A stretch of 64,000 bases of DNA, taken from a bacterium (GTDB lineage: Bacteria > RBG-13-61-14 > DATKZS01). Both the position numbers and the translations under genes were made by a program. The stretch is taken from NCBI GenBank assembly GCA_963674965.2, contig CAXXFL010000006.1, positions 544,001 to 608,000 on the forward strand, read 5' to 3'. The notes beneath the pieces were generated by a model. The model saw nothing but the letters and a program-made list of their open reading frames with translations, did no database searches and was not told the origin of the DNA. The stretch's first letter is position 1. Each line of letters begins with the position of its first letter. Shown piece by piece: positions 39,621-49,048 of this stretch.

Positions 39621-42600
39621 CTACGGGTTCGAGTGATATCCCAGGTCCACCGTTCCGCCGTCCACCACGCCGTCTTTTCTCGTGGTCTTGCCCGACATTC
39701 CCGCCGCCGCCGCGGTCACGGCCCCGGCGTCGATGCCCGGGCTGTCAACGAGGTCTCCCGCCAGCGTATTGCTGAGGTAGAAGGCCCCGCGTGGACCGAT
39801 AACGAAAAGCGGGTCCGCGTCGATAATGTTGGTCCACGTGCCCGGGGCCCCGGCCGAGTCGCCGTCCACTATACAGTTGCTGATGGTGGGCAGCGCCGTA
39901 CCCGAGGCGTCCAACTCGTCGAATAACCCCAAGCTGGTAGAGTTGTTCCAGAAAATGCTGTCCCGGATTAAGCTCGATGACTCCTCGTTGTAAATCGCGC
40001 CGGGACCGTTGGTGGAGCTGTTTAAATTGAAAGTCGAGTTCGTGATCGTGGGCGAGGAATTAGCGACGTTCATGGCGCCGCCCATCAAGCCGCCGTTGTT
40101 CACGAACAGACAGTTCGATATGGCGACCGTATCCGAATTGAGAACGCCTACCGCTCCGCCCCCAACCAATGATGAATTGGCGTCGAAGATGGTCTGCGAG
40201 ATCGACGCGGAATTTCCGTTAAGCCCGTCAATAAAAAGTCCTCCCCCGGTTCCGCCGCTGGCGGTGTTGGATAAGAGATAGCTGTTGACCAATTCCAAGT
40301 CGGACCAGTTCGAATATATCCCGGCGCCATCATTGGCCGCGTTAAGCGTGAGGAAACACCCATAGATCGAGCCTGAGGAAAGGGACATCCCAATTCCGCC
40401 TCCCGACGCCTGGGCGCTGTTCCCCTCCAAGGTCAGATACTCGAGATTGAAGTTGTCCACGCCGTCAAGGTAGATGGCCCCGCCGTCGGCCTGAGCGTAA
40501 TTACCCATCAGCAGGCAATCTCTAACCGTGACGTCCGAGGCGGCTTGAGCGTAAACTCCGCCGCCATACTGATCGGCGACTCCCGAGGCAAATCCGCTCT
40601 TGATGATAAAACCATCCAGGATTACGTCGTTACAGGATATCGCGACCACGTGGTAGGAACTGGTGTTTCCATCCAGAATCGTAAGCAACGTGTCTCCCCT
40701 GTCCACCGTGGCCCCTTCAAGGCCAAGGAAACTGCCGTATATGTCCACGCCTTCCTTCATGGAAAGAACGGGATCGGTCGCCGCGCCGGTGGTGGAGTAA
40801 GTGCCGGAGTTCACGTAGACCAGGTCGCCGTAGGAAGCGCCGTCAATGGCGGTCTGGGGGTTGGCCAGGGCCGTGGCCCAACTGGTGCCGGTGTCGCCGT
40901 CGTTGCCGGTGGCGGACACGAACCAGGTGATAAACTCCGTCGTGTCGCCCGGTCCCGAGCAGCCGGAATCGAGGGAGTCGATCATGGCGTCGCCCTCGTT
41001 GTCCGTGCCGTCGTCGCACACGTCGGCGCCGAACTCGCTCGCGTCGAGCCAGTCCACGCAGCCGGGGTCGTCATAATCCACGTCGCCCCATCCGTCGTTG
41101 TCAACGCCGTCGTCGCACTCGACTCCCGCGTCGTACTCGTCAAGGTCGCCCTCGTCCGCGCAGCCGGGGTCGGCCACGTCCACGTCGCCCCACTGGTCGT
41201 TATCGAGGCCGTCGTCGCAGGGCATGGAGGTATCGCCGTACTCGCTCGAGTCCGTCGCGTCAAGGCAGCCCAGGTCCGCCGAATCCACGTCGAGCCATCC
41301 GTCGTTGTCAACGCCGTCGTCGCACTCGACCGCCGGATCAAGCTCGGACGCGTCGTCGGGAGCGGAGCAGCCGGGGTCGGCCATGTCCACGTCCGCCCAG
41401 CTATCGTTGTTGATCCCGTCGTCGCACTCGACCGACAGGTCACGCTCCGAGGAGTCCTCCGAGTCGATGCAGCCGGGGTCGTCAACGTCGGCAAAGCCAT
41501 CGGCGTCATTGTCGCCCCCGTCGTCGCACTCGACTCCGGCGTCATACTCGGAGGTATCGGTCGGATCGGTGCAACCCGGGTCCAGCATGTCCTCGTCGAG
41601 CCATCTATCGTTATCGGCCCCGTCGTCGCACTCGACCGACAGGTTGAACTCGCCGTCCGCGTCGTCCCTGGCCGAGCAGCCCGGGTCGGCCTGGTCGATC
41701 AGAGAGTCATAGTCGTTGTTGATTCCGTCGTCGCAGTCCACGCCCGCCTCGTACTCGGAGGCGTCCGTGGGGTCCGAGCAACCGGGGTCGCCCATGTCCA
41801 CGTCGGACCACCCGTCGTTATCGACTCCGTCGTCGCACTCGACGGAAAGGTCCAACTCGCTTCCGTCCGAGGCGTCGGCGCATCCGGGGTCGTTCACGTC
41901 GGTGAGGGAATCGAAGTCGTTATTGGCCCCGTCGTCGCACGCGACCGCCGGGTTGTATTCGCTGGCGTCGGTGGGGGAAGAGCATCCTGGGTCGTCCATG
42001 TCCACGTCCCCCCAGGTGTCGTTATCGGCCCCGTCGTCGCACTGGATCGCCGGGTTGAGCTCGCCGTTGGCGTCATTGCGGCTCGAGCAGCCGGGGTCGT
42101 CGTGGTCGGTCAGGGAGTCGTAGTCGTTGTTAACCCCGTCGTCGCAGTCCACGCCCGCCTCGTACTCGTCCGTGTCGGCCGGGTCCGAGCAGCCGGGGTC
42201 GTCCATGTCGAAGTCGCCCCAGCCGTCATTGTCCGCGCCGTCGTCGCAGGCCACGGCCGCGTTAAGCTCGCTCGTGTCGGTCGGGTCCGCGCAGCCGGGG
42301 TCGTCCATGTCGAACAGGGTATCGTAGTCGTTGTTGGACCCGTCGTCGCACTGGACCGCCAGATTGAGCTCGCTCGAGTCGGTGACGTCGGTACAGCCGG
42401 GGTCGTTCACGTCGATGAAGGAGTCGTAGTCGTTGTTGATCCCGTCGTCGCACTGGACCGCCGGGTTGAGCTCGCCGGTGGCGTCGTCGCGGCTCGAGCA
42501 GCCGGGGTCGGCCTGGTCGGTAAAGGAGTCATAGTCGTTGTTGGCCCCGTCGTCGCAGTCCACGCCCGCCTCGTACTCGTCCGTGTCGGTCGGGTCCGTG

Positions 42601-45600
42601 CATCCGGGATCGTTCATGTCGACGTCCGACCAGGAGTCGTTGTCAACTCCGTCGTCGCAGGCCACGGCCGCGTTAAGCTCGCTGGTATCGGAAGGGTCCG
42701 TGCATCCGGGATCGTTCATGTCGGACAGGGAGTCGTAGTCGTTGTTGGCCCCGTCGTCGCAGGCGACCGCAGGGTTCTGCTCGCTGCCGTCGGTGGGGCT
42801 CGCGCAGCCGGGGTCGTCCATGTCCACCAGAACGTCAAGGTCGTTGTTGACGCCGTCGTCGCAGGCCACGGCCGCGTTAAGCTCGCTCGAGTCGGTGGGG
42901 TCCGTGCATCCCGGGTCGTTCATGTCGGTTAGGGAGTCAAAGTCGTTGTTGACCCCGTCGTCGCAGGCGACCGCGGGATCGTTCTCGCTGGCGTCGGTGG
43001 CGTCCGTGCATCCGGGGTCGGCCACGTCGGTAAAGGAGTCGGTGTCGTTGTTGATTCCGTCGTCGCACTCGATGGCGGCGTTGGTCTCGGCCGTGTCGGT
43101 GGGTCCGGAGCAGCCGGGGTCCGCGGCGTCGGTAAGGGAATCGAAGTCGTTGTTGGCCCCGTCGTCGCAGGCGACCGCGGGATCGTTCTCGCTCGAGTCG
43201 GTGGGGCCGGTGCATCCGGGGTCGTTCATGTCAATGTCCGACCATGAGTCGTCGTCGATCCCGTTGTCGCAGGCGATGGCGGCGTTGGTCTCGGCCGCGT
43301 CGGTCGGGGAGGAACAGCCGGGATCGTTCATGTCGGTGAGGGAGTCGTAGTCGTTATTGGCCCCGTCGTCGCAGGCGATGGCGGGGTTAAGCTCGCCGTT
43401 GGCGTCGTCCCTTGTCGAGCAGCCGGGGTCGTCGTGGTCGGTAAAGGAGTCGTAGTCGTTGTTGACCCCGTCGTCGCAGTCCACGCCCGCCTCGTACTCG
43501 CTGACGTCGGTGGGAGCGGAGCAGCCGGGGTCGTTCATGTCCACGTCGCCCCAGTTGTCGTTGTCCGAGCCGTCGTCGCAGGCCACGGCGGCGTTAAGCT
43601 CGCTGGTGTCCGTGGGACTGGAGCATCCGGGGTCGTTCATGTCCGTGAGGGAGTCGGTGTCGTTGTTGTTTCCGTCGTCGCACTGTACCGCCAGGTTGAG
43701 CTCGCTCGAGTCGGTGGGGTCCGTGCATCCGGGGTCGTTCATGTCCACCAGGGCGTCAAAGTCGTTGTTGACTCCGTCGTCGCAGGCCACGGCGGGATCG
43801 TTCTCGCTCGAGTCGGTTGGGCCGGTGCAACCGGGGTCGTTCATGTCGGTAAAGGAGTCGGTGTCGTTGTTGACCCCGTCGTCGCACTCGACGGAGGCGT
43901 CGGTCTCGGTCGCGTCCGCGGGGCTCGAGCAGCCGGGGTCGTTCATGTCCACCAGGGAATCGTAGTCGTTGTTGGCCCCGTCGTCGCAGGCCACGGCGGC
44001 GTTGTTCTCGCTGGTGTCGCTCGAGTCGGCGCATCCGGGGTCGTCCATGTCGATGAGCCCGTCGGTGTCGTTGTTGACGCCGTCGTCGCAGGCGATGGAC
44101 CCGTTGGTCTCGGTGGAGTCGGTGGGCGAGGCGCATCCGGGGTCGTTCATGTCGATATTGGCGTCGTGGTCGTTTGAAATCCCGTCGTCGCAGGCGATGG
44201 CGGGATTGAGCTCGCCGTCCGAGTCGTCCCTGGCCGAGCATCCGGGGTCGTTCCTGTCGGTAAATGAGTCGTAGTCGTTGTTGGCCCCGTCGTCGCAGTC
44301 CACGCCCGCCTCGTACTCGTCGGTGTCGGTGGGCGACGAGCATCCGGGGTCGTTCATGTCGATATCCGCCCAGGAGTCGTTGTCCGATCCGTCGTCGCAG
44401 GCCACGGCCGCGTTAAGCTCGCTGACGTCGGTGGGTGATGCGCATCCGGGGTCGTTCATGTCGGTAAGGGAGTCGTAGTCGTTGTTGTTACCGTCGTCGC
44501 AGGCCACGGTGGGATTGAGCTCGCTGCCGTCGGTGGCGCTCGAGCATCCGGGGTCGTTCATGTCGATAAGACCGTCCGAGTCGTTGTTGGCCCCGTCGTC
44601 GCAGGCGATGGCGGCGTTGGTTTCGGCCGTGTCGGTGGGGGAGGAGCATCCGGGGTCGTTCATGTCCGTAAGGGAGTCGTAGTCGTTGTTGGCCCCGTCG
44701 TCGCAGGCGATGGCGGGATTTAGCTCGCTGGCGTCGGTGGCGCTCGAGCATCCGGGGTCGTTCATGTCGATAAGCCCGTCCGAGTCGTTGTTGGCCCCGT
44801 CGTCGCAGGCCACGGCGGGATCGAGCTCGCTCGAGTCGGTGGCGCTCGAGCAGCCGGGGTCGTCCATGTCAATCAACCCGTCCGAGTCGTTGTTGGCCCC
44901 GTCGTCGCAGGCGATGGTGGCGTTGGTCTCGGCGGTGTCGGTGGGCGAGGCGCATCCGGGGTCGTTCATGTCCACCAGGGAGTCGTTGTCGTTGGTAATC
45001 CCGTCGTCGCAGGCGATGGCGAGGTTCAGCTCGCCGTCGGCGTCGTTTCTGGTCGCGCATCCGGGGTCGGCGTGGTCGGTAAAGGAGTCGGTGTCGTTAT
45101 TGGCGCCGTCGTCGCAGGCCACTCCCGCCTCGTACTCGTCGGCGTCGGTCGGAGACGCGCATCCGGGGTCCGTCATGTCGATGTCGGACCAGGAGTCGTT
45201 GTCCAATCCGTCGTCGCAGGCGATGGCGGGGTTGAGCTCGCTCGAGTCGGTCGGCGAGGCGCATCCGGGGTCGTTCATGTCGGTGAGGGAGTCGTAGTCG
45301 TTGTTCGAGCCGTCGTCGCAGGCGATGGACATGTTGAGCTCGCTCGAGTCAGTGGCGCTCGAGCATCCGGGGTCGTTCATGTCGATAAGCCCGTCCGAGT
45401 CGTTGTTGATCCCGTCGTCGCAGGCCACGGCGGGATTTAGCTCGCTCGAGTCCGTCGGCGAGGAGCATCCGGGGTCTCCCATGTCGGCCAGTCCGTCGGA
45501 GTCGTTGTTCACGCCGTCGTCGCAGGCGATGGAGGAGTTGAGCTCGCTCACGTCGGTGGGGTTGACGCATCCGGGGTCGTTCATGTCGGTGAGGGAGTCC

Positions 45601-47117
45601 AGGTCGTTATTGACCCCGTCGTCGCACTGGACGGCGGGGTTAAGCTCGGACGTATCCGTGGAGGAGTCGCATCCGGGGTCGTTCATGTCGATAAGGGAGT
45701 CGGTGTCGTTGTTGATTCCGTCGTCACAGGCGATGGCGAGGTTGAGCTCGCTCGAGTCTGCGTCGCTCGAGCATCCGGGGTCGGCAATGTCCACCAGGGA
45801 GTCGTAGTCATTGCTTATGCCGTCGTCGCAGGGACGGGAGGGGGAGTACTCGCTGGTGTCCGCCGGTCCGGTGCAGCCGGGGTCGTTAAAGTCCACGTCT
45901 CCCCACCCGTCGTTGTCGATGCCGTCGTCGCACTCGGCCGAGCCCAGCTCGTCGTCGTCGTTGGCGTCGGCGCAGCCGGGGTCGCTCGGGTAGTCGGCGT
46001 ATCCGTCGCCGTCGTTGTCCACGCCGTCCGAGCAGCGCGGCGGCGGGGAGGGGTCGCGCTGGGCCACGACCACGCCCTCGCCGGAGGTCCCGTTACAGTC
46101 GAGGAACACCAGCTCGATGGTGCAGGATTCCTCCACCGTGGGCGTGATAAAGTCGTATGTGGAGCCGCTGATGGTACCGGCGCAGGTGTCGTTGGTCCCG
46201 ACCGTTATTGTCCCGTAGTTACCCAGTCCGCCCTTGGGCTCGAAGCCCACGCTGACCCTTTCCTCCCTCATGAGGCCGGTAAGGGGCTTCTCGGGGCTGA
46301 ACTCGATAAAGGGGTCCTCGAAGTAACCGCCGAAAACCAGCGGCACGGTCTCGGTGGCCTCGTCCGTGAACAGGGTGGTCTGATAGGTAAAATCGAGGTC
46401 GGCCTGGAAAATCTCAATGTTAAAGGTCGTACTGGCCTGAAGGCCGGTCACGTCGAGGGGAACGACCATGGCCCCGTTATGAAGCTCGATGGGCACGCTG
46501 GGAAAGGTGATGCCCCAGGCCGGATCGGTGACGTTAACGTAGAAGCCCGAGCCGGGCGGACAGGTCTGACTGACGGGAATCGAGATGGTGTCTCCCCCTT
46601 GGGACACGGCCAGGAAGGGAGGATCGGCGTGCAGGGTCGAGTAGTCGTCCTTTAATTGGGTGACCAGCTCGACGGAAACGGGGTCGCCCTCCAAATCCAG
46701 GGAAGGAGGATCGGGCGTGTAGAAGTAATCGACGTTGAACTCGCCGGTGGGAGGGCTACCCGCGGGTATCCTGTAGACCTTGGCGTCGACGACCCTTCCC
46801 TGCCCGGAGTCCACCACCATGGTGATTTCCGAGCCGGGCGTATAATTATGATAGTAGTACTCCTCGGAAGGATTGGTGAGCGTGATCAGCACGTGGTAGA
46901 CGTCGCCCGAGGGCGGCGCCACGTACTGGCGCGTTTGGGCCTCCTCGGCGGCGTAGGCGACCCGGGAGGGGGAAGCCTCGGCGTCGGGGACCTCGACGAT
47001 CAGCGATATGGAGGCCTTGCCCGGACCGGCGTCGGGAATGTCCTGACAACCGAAGCCGAGCGCGGCGACCAACGAGACAACCAGCAACGCCGATCGGGAC
47101 CAAAGTATCCTGCTCAT
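39621..47117 (-). CDS. Giant surface lipoprotein with 50 Cys/Asp-rich repeats and a C-terminal pectin-lyase-like beta-helix
   Basis: RBS AAGGAG, lipobox LGFGC, CDDGxxNDxDxxxDxxDPGC repeats, C-terminal GGAIY/GGG beta-helix repeats ending in VDLGYH. Confidence 0.9.
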   Translation of the reverse strand: MSRILWSRSALLVVSLVAALGFGCQDIPDAGPGKASISLIVEVPDAEASPSRVAYAAEEAQTRQYVAPPSGDVYHVLITLTNPSEEYYYHNYTPGSEITMVVDSGQGRVVDAKVYRIPAGSPPTGEFNVDYFYTPDPPSLDLEGDPVSVELVTQLKDDYSTLHADPPFLAVSQGGDTISIPVSQTCPPGSGFYVNVTDPAWGITFPSVPIELHNGAMVVPLDVTGLQASTTFNIEIFQADLDFTYQTTLFTDEATETVPLVFGGYFEDPFIEFSPEKPLTGLMREERVSVGFEPKGGLGNYGTITVGTNDTCAGTISGSTYDFITPTVEESCTIELVFLDCNGTSGEGVVVAQRDPSPPPRCSDGVDNDGDGYADYPSDPGCADANDDDELGSAECDDGIDNDGWGDVDFNDPGCTGPADTSEYSPSRPCDDGISNDYDSLVDIADPGCSSDADSSELNLAIACDDGINNDTDSLIDMNDPGCDSSTDTSELNPAVQCDDGVNNDLDSLTDMNDPGCVNPTDVSELNSSIACDDGVNNDSDGLADMGDPGCSSPTDSSELNPAVACDDGINNDSDGLIDMNDPGCSSATDSSELNMSIACDDGSNNDYDSLTDMNDPGCASPTDSSELNPAIACDDGLDNDSWSDIDMTDPGCASPTDADEYEAGVACDDGANNDTDSFTDHADPGCATRNDADGELNLAIACDDGITNDNDSLVDMNDPGCASPTDTAETNATIACDDGANNDSDGLIDMDDPGCSSATDSSELDPAVACDDGANNDSDGLIDMNDPGCSSATDASELNPAIACDDGANNDYDSLTDMNDPGCSSPTDTAETNAAIACDDGANNDSDGLIDMNDPGCSSATDGSELNPTVACDDGNNNDYDSLTDMNDPGCASPTDVSELNAAVACDDGSDNDSWADIDMNDPGCSSPTDTDEYEAGVDCDDGANNDYDSFTDRNDPGCSARDDSDGELNPAIACDDGISNDHDANIDMNDPGCASPTDSTETNGSIACDDGVNNDTDGLIDMDDPGCADSSDTSENNAAVACDDGANNDYDSLVDMNDPGCSSPADATETDASVECDDGVNNDTDSFTDMNDPGCTGPTDSSENDPAVACDDGVNNDFDALVDMNDPGCTDPTDSSELNLAVQCDDGNNNDTDSLTDMNDPGCSSPTDTSELNAAVACDDGSDNDNWGDVDMNDPGCSAPTDVSEYEAGVDCDDGVNNDYDSFTDHDDPGCSTRDDANGELNPAIACDDGANNDYDSLTDMNDPGCSSPTDAAETNAAIACDNGIDDDSWSDIDMNDPGCTGPTDSSENDPAVACDDGANNDFDSLTDAADPGCSGPTDTAETNAAIECDDGINNDTDSFTDVADPGCTDATDASENDPAVACDDGVNNDFDSLTDMNDPGCTDPTDSSELNAAVACDDGVNNDLDVLVDMDDPGCASPTDGSEQNPAVACDDGANNDYDSLSDMNDPGCTDPSDTSELNAAVACDDGVDNDSWSDVDMNDPGCTDPTDTDEYEAGVDCDDGANNDYDSFTDQADPGCSSRDDATGELNPAVQCDDGINNDYDSFIDVNDPGCTDVTDSSELNLAVQCDDGSNNDYDTLFDMDDPGCADPTDTSELNAAVACDDGADNDGWGDFDMDDPGCSDPADTDEYEAGVDCDDGVNNDYDSLTDHDDPGCSSRNDANGELNPAIQCDDGADNDTWGDVDMDDPGCSSPTDASEYNPAVACDDGANNDFDSLTDVNDPGCADASDGSELDLSVECDDGVDNDGWSDVDMGDPGCSDPTDASEYEAGVDCDDGINNDYDSLIDQADPGCSARDDADGEFNLSVECDDGADNDRWLDEDMLDPGCTDPTDTSEYDAGVECDDGGDNDADGFADVDDPGCIDSEDSSERDLSVECDDGINNDSWADVDMADPGCSAPDDASELDPAVECDDGVDNDGWLDVDSADLGCLDATDSSEYGDTSMPCDDGLDNDQWGDVDVADPGCADEGDLDEYDAGVECDDGVDNDGWGDVDYDDPGCVDWLDASEFGADVCDDGTDNEGDAMIDSLDSGCSGPGDTTEFITWFVSATGNDGDTGTSWATALANPQTAIDGASYGDLVYVNSGTYSTTGAATDPVLSMKEGVDIYGSFLGLEGATVDRGDTLLTILDGNTSSYHVVAISCNDVILDGFIIKSGFASGVADQYGGGVYAQAASDVTVRDCLLMGNYAQADGGAIYLDGVDNFNLEYLTLEGNSAQASGGGIGMSLSSGSIYGCFLTLNAANDGAGIYSNWSDLELVNSYLLSNTASGGTGGGLFIDGLNGNSASISQTIFDANSSLVGGGAVGVLNSDTVAISNCLFVNNGGLMGGAMNVANSSPTITNSTFNLNSSTNGPGAIYNEESSSLIRDSIFWNNSTSLGLFDELDASGTALPTISNCIVDGDSAGAPGTWTNIIDADPLFVIGPRGAFYLSNTLAGDLVDSPGIDAGAVTAAAAGMSGKTTRKDGVVDGGTVDLGYHSNP
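40935..46034 (-). repeat. Intragenic tandem array of 50 units of about 102 nt (34 aa)
   Basis: Counted from the translation: 50 units of consensus CDDGxNNDxDSLxDMNDPGCxxPTDxSExNxAVA spanning 5100 nt. Confidence 0.92.
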
Positions 47118-47506
47118 AACCATCTCCTTATATCCGCAAGTGAGAGCCCTGAATAAAACCGTCTCCATCGATGGGCCGATGGAAACGCAATTTACCCATC
47201 ATAAAAATCGAAGTTACGCTATATCTATTATTAGCCGCTGGGGACGTAATAGTCAAGACAGAATTTCACCGCGTGGAAAATAAAAAAACCCTGAAATATC
47301 TTTGAGTTTATTGACAAGCGCCATATCATGCGGACAATTTTGCACGTTCCGTACCAAACACATTATATGTCTTTTTATTCCAGATAGTTAGAATAGTATT
47401 CCATATTGGAGGAGCGGCGTCTTCCCACCCGTTCTCCTCTAAGGCTTATTACCATGATTTTACCCGGTCCCGCCGGCAAGCGGCACGAGAGCTTTGCTAC
47501 CGTTCT

Positions 47507-48382
47507 TCATGGACACGGAAAAAAAGTAATGGCCGCGATCGACGATGGCATTCTTTCCGAGTCGGACCTGGCTTTCGCGAACAACTCTCCCTTTTCCTCG
47601 GCCGCTTTTTCCTTCAGGTCCAGAGGCAATTGAGGCAGGAACTCGAGTCCCGATGGTTCCCTTATCTGGCCGTACAGCCAGAGCATACCGGGCAGAAGTT
47701 CCTCGTTCTCGCCCGAGCAGTAATAGTGCCTGGAGGCGTTGGCCCATACCACGTCGAAGTCCGAGAACTGTAGCCTTACTTCCTGGGAGCTGACGGCCAG
47801 GGAGACTTGCAGGGACCTGTCGAGCCTTTCTCTTTCCGGGATGGTCAGTCCCCTCCCGAAGCCGGGTATTTTCGAGACGCAAAAGCTTATGTAGTCCTTC
47901 AGGGCCTCGTAGCTCTCGCCGGGCACGGGCGCGATCCCGTAGGTTTTCGATCCGTGTACTCCCATGGTCTCCCATCCGATCAACGCGGCGACCGACGAAA
48001 AGGGAACGTCGCCTCGTCGGGACAGCTCTCGCAGCCTGGAGCGGGCGGAGTTTTTCATGGTCCTCTTGATCATGGGCCCGGACTTATCGTAAAGTTCCGC
48101 GAACGCGGCGGGGGTCAGGGAACCCTCCTTGACGACTTCACTATCCGACGGAAGAGGACCCAGGACCCCGGCGGGATCGAAATCATCGTCCAACTCGGCC
48201 CCCGCTATCCGCAAGACCTTGACCCAGGCGTCCTTTTTGCTCACATCGGACGCTGGTTTCGCGGCGGGCTTGAGGTCGTCTCCTCGCGCCGGGATCAAGG
48301 CGCCGGCGGCGAACATGACGACCATAAAGCAGATAAATTTCCAGTGAACGCCCTGGATACCAGCCAATAGGTTCTTTTTCAT
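47507..48382 (-). CDS. Exported hypothetical protein, possibly frameshifted near the 3' end
   Basis: Hydrophobic N-terminal segment (FICFMVVMFAAGALIPARG) and GC-rich third codon positions; no recognisable domain. Confidence 0.55.
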   Translation of the reverse strand: MKKNLLAGIQGVHWKFICFMVVMFAAGALIPARGDDLKPAAKPASDVSKKDAWVKVLRIAGAELDDDFDPAGVLGPLPSDSEVVKEGSLTPAAFAELYDKSGPMIKRTMKNSARSRLRELSRRGDVPFSSVAALIGWETMGVHGSKTYGIAPVPGESYEALKDYISFCVSKIPGFGRGLTIPERERLDRSLQVSLAVSSQEVRLQFSDFDVVWANASRHYYCSGENEELLPGMLWLYGQIREPSGLEFLPQLPLDLKEKAAEEKGELFAKARSDSERMPSSIAAITFFPCP

Positions 48383-48401
48383 CGCGGGTAGCCTTTCCTT
48401 T

Positions 48402-48974
48402 TCATCTTCCATCTTGAACGGCGCTTTTGGCCTGGGCCTCGGCCTGGGCGTAAATTTCTCCATCCTCTCTCCAGACGACGCAGGAGTCCTTGATATACTC
48501 GAGCATAAATGAGGCGTAATCCGGGAGAACGGGCTCGAGCCTTTGCCTGGTGGCCCATCCCATAATGGCGGCCGGTCCCATGGCGAGGACGAGGTTCTTC
48601 AGATGCTGGCACCCCCTGGCGCCGCCGAGACGGGCGTTGACTTCCTTGCCATACCCGTAGGAAATGGCCACGCCGGCCAGGTCGCCCACCCGATGGAGGG
48701 CCTCGGGACATTCGCCAAAGGGCACGGTGGTCATCTCGGCCTCGGCCCGCTTGATCCGGGGAGGGGCCCCGCCCACGAGGAGCCTGACCTCGATGCCGTG
48801 GACCCGGCCCGGCTCGAGCGCGCGATCCGACGAGGTATGGATGGGAACGTACCTTTCATCGTCCAGTCTTCCCTCGATGATAACGTCGCCTTCATCGTTT
48901 TCGGCGAGAAAAGTCCGTATCTCGATTTTTCTGGTTTGAAGGCGCTCGCCTTTCAGCTTTTCAAGCCCGCTCAT
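48402..48974 (-). CDS. DUF2889-family protein
   Basis: R.IEIRTF...EGRLDDER...VHGIEVRL...PFGECP...LGGARGCQHL...DSCVVW. Confidence 0.8.
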   Translation of the reverse strand: MSGLEKLKGERLQTRKIEIRTFLAENDEGDVIIEGRLDDERYVPIHTSSDRALEPGRVHGIEVRLLVGGAPPRIKRAEAEMTTVPFGECPEALHRVGDLAGVAISYGYGKEVNARLGGARGCQHLKNLVLAMGPAAIMGWATRQRLEPVLPDYASFMLEYIKDSCVVWREDGEIYAQAEAQAKSAVQDGR

Positions 48975-48996
48975 TTACATCTCTCCAAGCATGATT

Positions 48997-49030
48997 AAAA
49001 AACCAGGCCGCCGGAGACGACCGGCGGCCT
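48997..49030 (-). terminator. Intrinsic terminator after the transporter gene
   Basis: 10-bp AGGCCGCCGG/CCGGCGGCCT stem followed by GGTTTTTT on the minus strand. Confidence 0.7.
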
Positions 49031-49048
49031 TGAGAATATTTCCCGCTA

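Noticed and set aside
40935-46034. Regularly spaced DNA repeats suggesting a CRISPR array
   Set aside because: Units are in-frame coding repeats with synonymous variation inside one ORF; no unique spacers and no cas genes.
11024-47117. Diversity-generating retroelement acting on the giant proteins
   Set aside because: No reverse transcriptase gene and no template/variable repeat pair with adenine-specific differences seen.
47507-47515. C-P-TGA as a second selenocysteine site
   Set aside because: No convincing SECIS, read-through sequence is not protein-like, and a nearby frameshift explains it better.
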